NCBI GenBank assembly: GCA_016708435.1
Contig: JADJFV010000035.1
Coordinates: forward strand, 64,001-128,000
DNA: 64,000 nt
Reading direction: 5' to 3'
DNA from: Leptospiraceae bacterium
GTDB taxonomy: Bacteria > Spirochaetota > Leptospiria > Leptospirales > Leptospiraceae
Position numbers and translations under genes: made by a program. Below the pieces are notes generated by a model that saw only the letters and a program-made list of their open reading frames with translations, had not been told where the DNA came from and did no database searches. Numbering within the stretch: the first letter of the stretch is position 1; every line of letters begins with the position of its first letter. Positions 49,146 to 58,871 of this stretch are shown here, in pieces.

Positions 49146-50309
49146 TTACTTCGCTTTCCCATACTTAGCTAAAAACTTTTCTATGAGAGGGAAAATTTCT
49201 CTCTTCGCATTCTTTCCCATGACGAGGCAAGCATGACCGTAATTTCCACTGAAGCCTTCGCTCTCAGAAATGGTGTGGAATTCTTTGTATTTAGAATTTA
49301 CTTTGTTATATACTGACTTGAGACTGCTTGGAGTGGCTACGTTATCGTATCCGCCGGCGATGAATAGAATCGGACAGGTAATTTCAGTTTGCAATTCTGT
49401 GTAATTGTATTTTTCGTCAAGAGAAACTATATCGCCACCCTTTGCAACCCAATTGAGCATTTGTGTCATGAGTCCATCTGGAATATTTTCAATACCAACT
49501 AGCATTTTCTTAACTGTGTTCTTAGGAGTGACTTGGGGATTATAAAAAAATTCTTTAAGTGGAGAATTAAATAAACTAACGAACGGCAAAATGAACTTAG
49601 CCAGTAGTTTTATATCTACTCTCTTAGAAAAAGAAATATACTTCAGAGCAATCTTTCCAAGCACTGGACTAGAGTGTGCAAGGTTACCCGGACCTCCTAG
49701 AGAGACGAAACTTTTAATCTTGTCTTTTTGTTTTTTCTGAGAAATTCCAAGATAAGAATATAAAATCATAGCACCCATTGAATGCGCTACCCAATTGATT
49801 TTTGGTTTACCGGAAATATTACATACTTCATTTATAATTGCTGGAACATCTTTCTCTACTATATCATCGAAAGAAAAGTTTTCATTTTCTGATTCTGTAT
49901 AGGATTCACCACAGCCTCTAAGAGATACGGCATACACATCGTAGCCGATAGTCTTTAAATGATAGGCAAGGGAATGGTCTGTGTCTAAATCCATGAAGTA
50001 TTTATTGGTTATAATTCCATGAACGAGGATAATAGGCATTGCACCCATTAGAGGCTTATGCGGTTTATGCCTGTGAATAGCAAGATTCCAACTGTTATTT
50101 GTGATAGCAAAGAAAACTTCATCCGCAATATCAGACACTGGATATTTTTTTAAAAAATATCTTTTATACAAAGGGTAGGTTAAAAATGATACAAGCAGAA
50201 TGATTGATAGAATCAGCAGAAAGAAGCCACCTAGAATGCTGATGCAAATTAATAAAAGGATTGTGCTCGGAAAGGAAAATTTCTTTGTTTTAGTTTTTTT
50301 TTGACTCAC
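49146..50309 (-). CDS. Membrane-anchored alpha/beta-hydrolase (lipase/esterase-like)
   Basis: It has an N-terminal TM segment. The GXSXG nucleophile elbow is AHSMGAM. HG and GG oxyanion motifs are present. Confidence 0.6.
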   Translation of the reverse strand: MSQKKTKTKKFSFPSTILLLICISILGGFFLLILSIILLVSFLTYPLYKRYFLKKYPVSDIADEVFFAITNNSWNLAIHRHKPHKPLMGAMPIILVHGIITNKYFMDLDTDHSLAYHLKTIGYDVYAVSLRGCGESYTESENENFSFDDIVEKDVPAIINEVCNISGKPKINWVAHSMGAMILYSYLGISQKKQKDKIKSFVSLGGPGNLAHSSPVLGKIALKYISFSKRVDIKLLAKFILPFVSLFNSPLKEFFYNPQVTPKNTVKKMLVGIENIPDGLMTQMLNWVAKGGDIVSLDEKYNYTELQTEITCPILFIAGGYDNVATPSSLKSVYNKVNSKYKEFHTISESEGFSGNYGHACLVMGKNAKREIFPLIEKFLAKYGKAK

Positions 50310-50359
50310 ATATTTTAAAAAAATTTATTTCACTCCATTGTCAAGTAAAGGAATATTGT

Positions 50360-50803
50360 ATGAACGATTTAAATTATCAACCCTATCGCTCGCCAAATGG
50401 CTGGTATATGCTTGCTTTTCCCGAACACTGGGAGGTCGAGGTGATTGAAGAGATTCCTGCATTTTATGATCCAGATGGTGCAGGCGCATTGCAAGTATCT
50501 GCCTTTGAAAATAAACTAGGCACCTATGATTTGGCAGAAGAGTTAGCAAGATTCTTGGCTTTTCATAAAATCGAATACGATGAAAACTGCATCGCTAGTT
50601 TTACCAATAACCTGGGCAGCAAAATCAAAGCCTGCGAATTTATCTCAGAAGAAAGATTCTGGTTGGTCTATATGATTTCCTTTCGCTCTAAATTAATCGT
50701 CTGCACTTACAATAGCGATGAGAAGCCCGACAAAGAGTTATCCATCATGCTCACAAATATCATTAGCTCAATCCGATTCTTACAAGCGGAAAATCTGAAT
50801 TAG
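50360..50803 (+). CDS. Hypothetical protein (147 aa)
   Basis: Only the ORF is seen. Confidence 0.4.
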   Translation: MNDLNYQPYRSPNGWYMLAFPEHWEVEVIEEIPAFYDPDGAGALQVSAFENKLGTYDLAEELARFLAFHKIEYDENCIASFTNNLGSKIKACEFISEERFWLVYMISFRSKLIVCTYNSDEKPDKELSIMLTNIISSIRFLQAENLN

Positions 50804-50941
50804 CCATTGCAAGGCATAGAATTACACACTAAAAAGAACTGATAAGGATTTTTATTCGCGGTATCATATTCATAACTTGTCTGCAAAAATACGCAGTTTA
50901 GCGTATTGCCATTTTTTATTCAGAGTGATAGAGTTATCCCT

Positions 50942-51586
50942 ATGAAAATACCAATGAAAGAAAAAAAGTTAGTGTATGGTGTCCTAATAGGGGATGAGAG
51001 TTTTCAGGCTGCCATCATAGGTCTTTTAAAAATAAGACCGGAAGTTGGCAGTATCATTGAATTCTCTTCACCGGAAGTTGCTTTAAAATTAGATTCTCTT
51101 TCTCAAGTTGATTTTTTAATCATTGATTGCCGTTTAGATGGAATTGCATTTTTAGGACAGTCTCGAGTAAGAAGTTTGCAAATTCCTAAATTGATTCTAG
51201 CGGATTATAATATTGAGTCAAAAGTATTTGATGCTCTGAAATATGGAGCAACAGGTTATATGTTAAAGGAAGAAATTTATTCGTTTAATAAAATTTTGGA
51301 AATTCTAATCGGTAATGGAGTCTATATTTCTCCAACAGCACTATTACAAGTTATCAATTATTTTAGGAAAATGGAAATGTCTGCGTTAAATCCCGAACAT
51401 CTTACGGAACGAGAAAGGATAGTTCTCAAAGAATTTTCGGAAGGACATGCTCCCAAGCAAATTGCAGAGAATTTAACTATTAGCATCGCCACGGTTCGTT
51501 CTCATATTCAAAATATTTATCGTAAACTAGAAGTAAGCAATCAAATCCAACTTATCCAAAGAGTAAAAGAAAAAGGTTTGGTTTAA
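50942..51586 (+). CDS. LuxR-family response-regulator-like protein (REC-like + HTH_LuxR), orphan
   Basis: The C-terminal HTH is LTERERIVLKEFSEGHAPKQIAENLTISIATVRSHIQNIYRKL. The receiver-like domain has IIDCRLDG. Confidence 0.65.
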   Translation: MKIPMKEKKLVYGVLIGDESFQAAIIGLLKIRPEVGSIIEFSSPEVALKLDSLSQVDFLIIDCRLDGIAFLGQSRVRSLQIPKLILADYNIESKVFDALKYGATGYMLKEEIYSFNKILEILIGNGVYISPTALLQVINYFRKMEMSALNPEHLTERERIVLKEFSEGHAPKQIAENLTISIATVRSHIQNIYRKLEVSNQIQLIQRVKEKGLV

Positions 51587-51653
51587 AATTTGATGAAGTC
51601 GAGCATATTCGAGATATATGATAATTTACCTTTCAAATCAAATACAAAAAAAA

Positions 51654-53403
51654 TCAGCTTGTGTATAAGCTTTCACTCACATACAGGCTATTACCCTCAA
51701 TTTTCTTTGACTGCTTTTTTGCTTTTGCTGCCAAATCTGCAATGTCTACGTAAGACTTGCATTTAGCTGTAGAGTTAGGATCAACTACACCTATGGATAA
51801 ACTTATTAGAGGATAAAATTTTTTCTCACCGTATCTACTTTCTGCGTGAATACCGCCTGCTTTTAGATCATCCTCTTTATAATGTTTGGAAATAATATTT
51901 TTAAACTTTCCCAAAATCACTTCACATCGATAATACCAATTTTCACAGGTAAAAATTACAATAAAATCATCTCCACCTATATGGCCAACTTGACCATTCT
52001 CTATCGGAACACATTCAATGAGAATATTTCCTAATGCTTTTATTATTTCATCTCCAGCGGAATATCCATATATATCGTTAAACGGTTTGAAGTTATCTAA
52101 ATCAAAATAGGCAACACTGAACGGTATTCTTTTTTCTAGAGATCGATTAATGCACTCGTTTATTGGGACACTACCCGGTAAAAGAGTAAGAGGGTTAGCA
52201 TGTCTGGCATATTTAATTTGCAAGTGCGTAATTTCTTCCAATACATCCATAATAGTTCCGATTCCCGCATACTTATTATTATGCGTGATGATAAATGCAG
52301 TATCATTTCTCATTGTGGAAGTTAATTGTTTACTGACTGCCTGAATTGAAATATTTGCATCAATGCTTAATGGAGTTTTATCTATAAAATGCCTAATGGG
52401 TTTTTTCCCATGCAATTCTAATCCATAACGAGTGGAAAATAATTTAGAAATAAATAATTCACGAAATATAATTCCCGTTCCTGTATGATTGTCAACTAAG
52501 GGTAAGATAGTAAGTGAACTGTTCTGCTGAAACAATAGCATAACTTCTGAAATGGGCATTTCGGAAGAGACTGGTTGAATAAAATTACAAATACTAGATA
52601 TTGGTTTTGTAGAATTAAATGGATCATAGTCATTATTTGGATTTTCTGAAACAAACAATTGGCTATCAATATGTTTTAAAGGAAAAAGTGCAGGTCTTCC
52701 AAAGTAATTTCCTTGTGCGTGCGTTATTCCAAGTTTTTCGATTGTCCTAAATTCTTCTTCTGTTTCAACACCTGTTGCGATTACATTGCAATGAAGGGAG
52801 CTTGCAATATTTTGAATGGACGATATAAATTTAAATTTAATTGGATCTTCAGCAATGCCTTCCACAAAATGATTATTTATTTTTATATATTCAGGCAGTA
52901 TCTCTGACCAGAATTTTAATCCAGAGTAGCTTGTGTCTAAATCATTCAATGCTATTTCAAATCCCATATCTCTGTATTTTTAATGCAGTTTTAAGCATTA
53001 AATCACTATTATCCGTTGGTTGATATTCTTTTAATTCAATTACAATGCTACTCGGTGCAATTCCAAATTCTTCAAGAAAATTAAGTAGCATGCTCTGTTC
53101 AAAATCTGCCTCTATAAATGTTGATACATTGACACTAATAAAAAGTTTTTCTCTTATACCTAAACTAGCATAACGATGTATAATTGATTCTTGTGTAATT
53201 AATTCAAGTTTTTTAAGTAGATTAAAATGATTTGCAATGCTGAATAATTTTGCATTGCTGTGTAACGGACTGTCCGAAGGTCCGCGAATGATTGCTTCAT
53301 AACCAATTATATTTTTATATGTCAAAGATACAATCGGTTGAATATATAGGTTCACTTTCTTATTAGTGAGAATATGGATTAATTCTTGTTTTATATTTTG
53401 CAT
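51654..53403 (-). pseudogene. EAL-CBS-GGDEF protein with unusual domain order, degenerate motifs and a frameshift inside the EAL domain
   Basis: ORF 52957-53403 is the EAL N-half (YQPIVSL...GYEAIIRGP). ORF 51654-52967 continues the EAL domain in another frame (GFEIALNDLDTSYSGL), then a CBS pair, then GGDEF with GGDDF. One extra G/C in the CCC run at 52963-52965 causes the frame change. Confidence 0.6.
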
Positions 53404-53710
53404 TTTTTTCTTACGACTATTAAACGAACGAATGGTGCTCTATTAATTAGATCCATAATATTTTTTTTGAAATGAATCAACAAGACTGGAATAAAAGGCA
53501 TCAAAAATACTTTCGCTTGAATATCTTTCAAAAAATTATCATTTCAGTTACAAAATTGCATTTTAACAAAGGGATAAATATTTTATCATGTAATTGAAAC
53601 GTAATGTTATAATTGAAAAAATGAATCAATTTAATTTGACTAATCTTTATGCAATAAATACTTTGGCGGTAACTTCGTATTAGGCGAAGAATTATATTTA
53701 GAGGCGTGTC

Positions 53711-53947
53711 ATGTCAAAAGAAAAAAAAGAGTTAGAGTGCAAAATGGTTGGTTCAGTAAGTGAAGTGAATACTCAATTAAAACTTCTTTTAGATGCATTT
53801 TCAGAAGGCAATATCGTGATTGCTGACGGCGAGGATGTAGTTCGATTGTCGCCTGCTGGTTCTGTATCTCTCGAAATAGATACAAATGTAAAGAGCGAAA
53901 AAGAAAAATATATATTGAGATATCTTGGAAAAAACCTAAGCCTGTAG
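53711..53947 (+). CDS. Small hypothetical protein (78 aa)
   Basis: Only the ORF is seen. It lies in an AT-rich intergenic island. Confidence 0.35.
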   Translation: MSKEKKELECKMVGSVSEVNTQLKLLLDAFSEGNIVIADGEDVVRLSPAGSVSLEIDTNVKSEKEKYILRYLGKNLSL

Positions 53948-54089
53948 AATCTATTCCACCTTCTTTTACTATTTCATCAAAAGCATTGGAAACAGAATAA
54001 CTACTCTGTAGTAGCGGATAAGTAGATGTAAATAATATGAGTCATGGTGATATAGGAATTAATGGGGGTTATCTGCGTCTTATACTTTT

Positions 54090-54353
54090 TTAAATAGGTT
54101 TTGAGCCATTCCATTTCTCATGGATTGGGCTTATAATATCGCCAATGAAAAGGACGGTATCTTTTGCGCACCCGAAAGAAGACATTTTAGAATTATTTTT
54201 TATTGGAACCAACTTAGCCATGGGAATTCCACGTTTAGTAATTGTTAATTCAGGATAAAGATTTCCAACATCCTCAAGGATTTTTAAACATTGTGCTTTA
54301 AATTTTCCAGCTGCAATTTCCATTATTCCCTCCACTAAATTGACTATAGTCAT
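54090..54353 (-). CDS. Phd/YefM-type antitoxin domain protein (orphan)
   Basis: The core is MTIVNLVEGIMEIAAGKFKAQCLKILEDVGNLYPELTITKRGIPMAKLVP. The C-terminal FGCAKDTVLFIGDIISPIHEKW resembles the VapB/Phd C-terminal motif. The ORF track extends upstream to 54485. Confidence 0.5.
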   Translation of the reverse strand: MTIVNLVEGIMEIAAGKFKAQCLKILEDVGNLYPELTITKRGIPMAKLVPIKNNSKMSSFGCAKDTVLFIGDIISPIHEKWNGSKPI

Positions 54354-54494
54354 TTCACTATGGTTATTTGAAGTAGTCAAGTGATAATCAACAATTTCAA
54401 TATCAAGCGCATTGCAATCTATAACTCGTTGGTGCTTTAAAATTTGTAAAACCGCAGCAATATCGTAATTTGCCCATAGATTCAATTATTATTT

Positions 54495-55460
54495 TTATTT
54501 CGATAGAATCCATTTTTTATCTACAAAATTTATTTTTGCAGAATCTGGTAAAAAATTCCTTTCATCTGAAAAATCATTAAAATATAAAATGTTAACAGAA
54601 TTATTGTTCATCCAAACCGGGGAAAGAATTCCTTCTTTAATACTAAATTCTTCCTCTAATTCATTATTATTTTGATGATTAACAAAATAAATTTTTAAGC
54701 CATTCCCGCAATAATAAGCTGGCGTTCCGTCGGGACAATAATCAGCATCAATTAGTTTCGTATAATCGTCTGATATTACAGGATAATTCCAAAACTCATA
54801 GTCTTTTCCTGATTTAGAATTGATTAGCATTATTCTACTACCTTCGTAGTATTGTATGACAAGGGAATAATAATTAATTTCAGGGATATGTTCTAAAAAT
54901 CGGTAGAATCTACTTACTTCTGTGTTTCCATCTTTCAAAATTAACTTTTCTCCATTCTCTAGTGAAAGAATCAATTCATTTACATTTCGCTGAACGAGTT
55001 TACTGAATTCAATTTTCTTTAATTGAATTGGTTCAATTTTATTATAACATTCAAATGAATTAGAAATTCCTTCACAAATAGCTTTCCATTTTTGGTTTGG
55101 CGCATAACTATGAAAATTTCCCGGAGATTCTTTCACGATGTAGCCAGAAAAAACCCAACCACGTCCAAATTTAGATTCTATTAACACCCAGTGGTCTTTA
55201 ATGCTATTTACAATATCTTCTCTGGAATCTGTTTCTATATGCTTTAGCTTAGTGCGAAAAGGTAATAAATAAATGGATTTACTTTTTATATCTGGCTTTT
55301 CTCGTAGATGAATTCCTGATTTCGATGAAGTCCAAAAATAAATTTCTTCTTCTTTTTTTATATCTTCTTTTTGAACATTTATTTCCTTTGGGAGTTCAAT
55401 ATTTTTTTCTTTGCAAAATCCAAAAAGGAGAATTAGTAATAAGAGTTTAGAGAACATCAT
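54495..55460 (-). CDS. Secreted hypothetical protein with a bacterial SH3-like segment
   Basis: It has a signal peptide (MMFSKLLLLILLFGFC). FWTSSKSGIHLREKPDIKSKSIYLLPFRTKL is SH3b-like. Confidence 0.5.
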   Translation of the reverse strand: MMFSKLLLLILLFGFCKEKNIELPKEINVQKEDIKKEEEIYFWTSSKSGIHLREKPDIKSKSIYLLPFRTKLKHIETDSREDIVNSIKDHWVLIESKFGRGWVFSGYIVKESPGNFHSYAPNQKWKAICEGISNSFECYNKIEPIQLKKIEFSKLVQRNVNELILSLENGEKLILKDGNTEVSRFYRFLEHIPEINYYSLVIQYYEGSRIMLINSKSGKDYEFWNYPVISDDYTKLIDADYCPDGTPAYYCGNGLKIYFVNHQNNNELEEEFSIKEGILSPVWMNNNSVNILYFNDFSDERNFLPDSAKINFVDKKWILSK

Positions 55461-55562
55461 AATTAGAATATTTTTTTCTGTTTAACAACTTTCATTTGAT
55501 TTTTTCCACTGTAACAACAAATCACCGTTATCCACTACAGCTCCAACGGAGCGCAATACCTC

Positions 55563-55603
55563 TCCGGCATGGGTGCAAGCCCATGCCGACTATTTCTATT
55601 TGT
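55563..55603 (+). terminator. GC-rich hairpin (GGCATGGG-TGCAAG-CCCATGCC) followed by a T-rich tract
   Basis: The stem and the downstream TATTTCTATTTGTTTC are seen directly. There is no obvious plus-strand gene upstream, so the function is uncertain. Confidence 0.3.
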
Positions 55604-55611
55604 TTCAAATC

Positions 55612-56319
55612 CTAAAGCGGAGGTTTATCGGCTTCCGGGTTTTGCCGCAGATATTCTTCAACTGTCTGTTGTTTTTTGGCGAGTCTAGACAAGTGGTCGT
55701 TAATGATGTTGGCAAAGTTAAGTTTTCCGTTTACGATTTCGAATCTTTCTGATTCCATTGTGCCTAGATCAATTTCATCTTTGATTTCATTTGCTTTTTT
55801 AGCAAGGTCTTCTGCTTTTTTCCAATAGGGAATTGCTTCTTTGTAAAACCCTTCCGCTACTTTGAAAGATTTTTTTAGATCATAGGCGTAGTCTAGATTT
55901 TGAAAGTATACATGTCGTTTGTCATAGAGAGAGGCTATTCGCATATAGGCGCGCATGATTTGTAAGTTCATGTGCATACTCACGAGTAGCCTGTATTTAT
56001 GATATTCCTTTTCGTTCTTCACTTTGCATAGAGCATTGTTTGGTTGACGAAACCGGCTTTCTAAACCAATTTTTAAAAAGTAAATATCTTTTCTTAAATC
56101 ATCTTCACCGTAGTGGAGTTTGAGACCATAGAGTTCGTAGTAATCTTCTAAAAATCTTGGATTCCATTTGTGTAGTTTGTAAGGAACCCATTCGGAGAAT
56201 TTTGTTTTTACTCCGTTCATTTCGTAATCGTAGTTGTAGTTTAGATCTACTTCAGCGGCTAAGCTAGAGTAGGCTAGAAGGAGTAAGGCTATATAAATTT
56301 TTTTAGGAATTAATTTCAT
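55612..56319 (-). CDS. Secreted hypothetical protein (235 aa)
   Basis: It has a signal peptide. No family was recognised. Confidence 0.5.
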   Translation of the reverse strand: MKLIPKKIYIALLLLAYSSLAAEVDLNYNYDYEMNGVKTKFSEWVPYKLHKWNPRFLEDYYELYGLKLHYGEDDLRKDIYFLKIGLESRFRQPNNALCKVKNEKEYHKYRLLVSMHMNLQIMRAYMRIASLYDKRHVYFQNLDYAYDLKKSFKVAEGFYKEAIPYWKKAEDLAKKANEIKDEIDLGTMESERFEIVNGKLNFANIINDHLSRLAKKQQTVEEYLRQNPEADKPPL

Positions 56320-56387
56320 GGATGTATTTTCCGAGAATCGAGAATTAGCGAAACACTATTTAGATTGTCGGAAAAGAAAACTTCATT

Positions 56388-56414
56388 CCATAGATGGTTT
56401 TCTTCTATCTATGG
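56388..56414 (-). terminator. Hairpin CCATAGAT...ATCTATGG with flanking T-rich tracts on both strands. It is a likely terminator for rluD.
   Basis: The inverted repeat is seen directly. T runs lie on both sides. Confidence 0.35.
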
Positions 56415-56454
56415 CAGGCTTTTTACTTTGTATAAGATGACCTTTGCTCATCTC

Positions 56455-56549
56455 CGGTCTAGCTACGCTTATTTCTTCGGTAATTGTCCGGACTAAATTG
56501 CCCTTACTACCCGACCTAGACCGAAGCTACAAGCGTAGCTGAACCGGTG
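56455..56549 (-). ncRNA. Candidate structured RNA element in the rluD 3' region or the 5' region of the downstream gene
   Basis: The arms are nested and complementary: CCGGTCTAGCTACGCTT (56455-56471) pairs with AAGCGTAGCTGAACCGG (56533-56549), and the inner pair is CTTCGGT / ACCGAAG. Confidence 0.25.
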
Positions 56550-56571
56550 ATGAGTTATAGGATACTTATAT

Positions 56572-57507
56572 TCACCTAAACTCCGCTTCTGCTTCGAAGC
56601 GAGTGAATCGTTCTGGAAAAGGAAGAGTAAATTCGATTGTCTTACGCTTGAATGGATGTTTGAACTTGATGGACTGCGAAAAAAGTAAAAGTCCATACTG
56701 GGAGAATTCATTTCCTGTTCTCGAATACAGCATATCGCCCACAACCGGACAGCCCATATTTTGAAAGTGAACACGAATTTGGTGAGTGCGTCCTGTTTCG
56801 ATTTTGATTTCGGCTAGGGAAAAGTTTCGGCTCTTGCGAGAAGAAATGGATTTCATAATCTTGTAGGTCGTAATTGCTTTACGTCCATCTTTACGCACGC
56901 ACATTTTGAGTCGCTCTGTAGGATGACGTCCAAGGGGTAATTCTATTCTACCTTCCGGAAGTTGCGGAGTTTGCACAAGCCACGCATAATAGGTCTTTTC
57001 CACTTCTCGTTTTTGAAACATGCTAGAAAGCTTTATATGAGCTTTGTCTGTCTTTGCAATAATCATTAAACCCGAAGTGGGCTTATCTAATCTATGCACG
57101 ATTCCGGGACGAATTTCCCCACCTATTTGGGAAAGGTTTTTGAAATAGTAGAGAAGTCCATTTACGAGACTAGGAGAATCGTCACCGGGTCCGCCATGCG
57201 AGGCTATGCCTGCTGGTTTATTGATGATTACAAATTCCTCTTCTTCATAGATTATCTCGATTGGCATTTCGACCGGTTCTAGATTAAGCTTTGGCTTTGG
57301 GGGAATTGTGATTTCAAATACTTCCCCTGATTTTACCCTAAAATTGGGTTTTAGCTTGTATTTTGGGTTCGAGACACAAAGAATATGTCCGTTTTTAATC
57401 CATTTTTGGATAGATGTTCGAGAAATATCGTCTCCTGTGGATTGCGCGAGGAATTGGTCTAGGCGGAAGTCGTTTTGGTCTTCCTGAACGTTAATTGTTA
57501 TTATCAT
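56572..57507 (-). CDS. rluD: RluA-family 23S rRNA pseudouridine synthase (RluD-like, with an S4 domain)
   Basis: The catalytic motif is HRLDKPTSGLMIIAKTD. The N-terminal S4-like segment is FRLDQFLAQ. Confidence 0.75.
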   Translation of the reverse strand: MIITINVQEDQNDFRLDQFLAQSTGDDISRTSIQKWIKNGHILCVSNPKYKLKPNFRVKSGEVFEITIPPKPKLNLEPVEMPIEIIYEEEEFVIINKPAGIASHGGPGDDSPSLVNGLLYYFKNLSQIGGEIRPGIVHRLDKPTSGLMIIAKTDKAHIKLSSMFQKREVEKTYYAWLVQTPQLPEGRIELPLGRHPTERLKMCVRKDGRKAITTYKIMKSISSRKSRNFSLAEIKIETGRTHQIRVHFQNMGCPVVGDMLYSRTGNEFSQYGLLLFSQSIKFKHPFKRKTIEFTLPFPERFTRFEAEAEFR

Positions 57508-57606
57508 GAAATTTCGTTTAAGGTATTAAAAATGGTTTTAAAATAAAATATATATTTCTACTGTGGTAATATTCAAAATTCATTATTAGAAAGGAAGCAT
57601 TTATTT

Positions 57607-58323
57607 ATGAATAGACAATTTATTAAAACTGCCCTCGTGATCGGGATTGTATCTACTTCGTTAGCATTTTGTAGTTCTAACGACAAGAAAGCCGCTCCAG
57701 ATCCAAAAGATACTAAACCTGTGGAAGATACAAAGCCTACTGATAGTTCTGCCGCAGAGCCAAAAGATGTTAAGCCTGTTGATGATGCAAAGGATGCAAA
57801 AGATTCCACCGTTGCTAAACGTGACCTAGCGAATCCTGGTGAAGAGTTATTTGCTCAATTGAATGAGTCTTTAAAATCTGCTCGTTATCCTGACGGTAAA
57901 GCTATTGAAGGATTTGCTTACAAAAAATGGGAAATTCCTAACAAGAAAGATTTTATTAAGTGGATAAAAGATTCTGGAGCCGTATTGAAGAAAGGTCTGG
58001 ATGATCTTCCTGCAATTTATACCTTAGAAATTGCTGGGCACACAGATACTGTTGGTCCTGAAACTCCGGAAGGGGCAAAAAAAGGAAATATGTTCTACTC
58101 TGAGCAAAGAGCAAAAGAAGTTAAACAAGCTCTTGTTAAGTTAGGATTCCCTGAAAAGAGAATCGCAACCAAAGCAATGGGTTCTTCTAATCCAATTCCT
58201 GGCATTCCAGGAGAAAGTGCTCAAAACAGACGTGTTACATTCCAATTCCTTGTAACAGAAGCTCCTGCAACTGATTCTACTGACAGCGCTCCAAAGACAG
58301 ACGTTAAAGACGAATCCAAATAA
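57607..58323 (+). CDS. OmpA-family lipoprotein (Loa22-like)
   Basis: The lipobox is LAFCSS. The C-terminal OmpA domain is LEIAGHTDTVGP...NRRVTF. Confidence 0.75.
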   Translation: MNRQFIKTALVIGIVSTSLAFCSSNDKKAAPDPKDTKPVEDTKPTDSSAAEPKDVKPVDDAKDAKDSTVAKRDLANPGEELFAQLNESLKSARYPDGKAIEGFAYKKWEIPNKKDFIKWIKDSGAVLKKGLDDLPAIYTLEIAGHTDTVGPETPEGAKKGNMFYSEQRAKEVKQALVKLGFPEKRIATKAMGSSNPIPGIPGESAQNRRVTFQFLVTEAPATDSTDSAPKTDVKDESK

Positions 58324-58406
58324 TTTAAAGTAATTGCATTTCGACTTACGCTCCCTTCGACTTCGCTCAGGGAGCGGTGATATTTGACTCTGATCAAGAA
58401 TTATCC

Positions 58407-58507
58407 CTGTCATTTCGAACTGCCTTACCGTGAGAAATCTATCTGCCTTAATGCAATAGTTCTAAGAGAGATAGACCTCTCACGAAGAAGCATGTTCGAG
58501 GTGACTG
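58407..58507 (-). repeat. Palindromic MITE-like element copy 4 (shortest, 101 bp)
   Basis: The termini are CTGTCATTTCGAAC ... GTTCGAGGTGACTG. The inner pair is GTGAGAAATCTATCT / AGATAGACCTCTCAC. Confidence 0.7.
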
Positions 58508-58523
58508 TAAGGTTTTTTTACCC

Positions 58524-58871
58524 ATGAAAGTTTATGAATACAAAGGTTGCTCTACTTGTAAAAACGCTCTTAAGTTTCTAGATGCAAAAAAAATTCCCTA
58601 CACCAAAATTCCAATTCGAGAAAACCCACCAACACTTACTGAGCTGAAGAAAGCTTTGAAGTTTCTGAATGGTGATACTAAAAAACTATTTAATACTTCC
58701 GGTCAAGACTACAAAGCTCTCAATCTAAAAGATAAATTACCTGCGATGAATGAAGAAGACAAATTGAAGCTATTGAATTCAAATGGAAACTTAGTCAAAA
58801 GACCGTTTGTTATTTCTCCGGACTTCGTTTTAGTTGGTTTTAAAGAAGAAGACTGGAAGAACGTATTTTAG
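58524..58871 (+). CDS. ArsC/Spx-family protein (YffB-like)
   Basis: The N-terminal MKVYEYKGCSTCKNALKFL has the CxxC-like redox motif. 115 aa. Confidence 0.7.
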   Translation: MKVYEYKGCSTCKNALKFLDAKKIPYTKIPIRENPPTLTELKKALKFLNGDTKKLFNTSGQDYKALNLKDKLPAMNEEDKLKLLNSNGNLVKRPFVISPDFVLVGFKEEDWKNVF

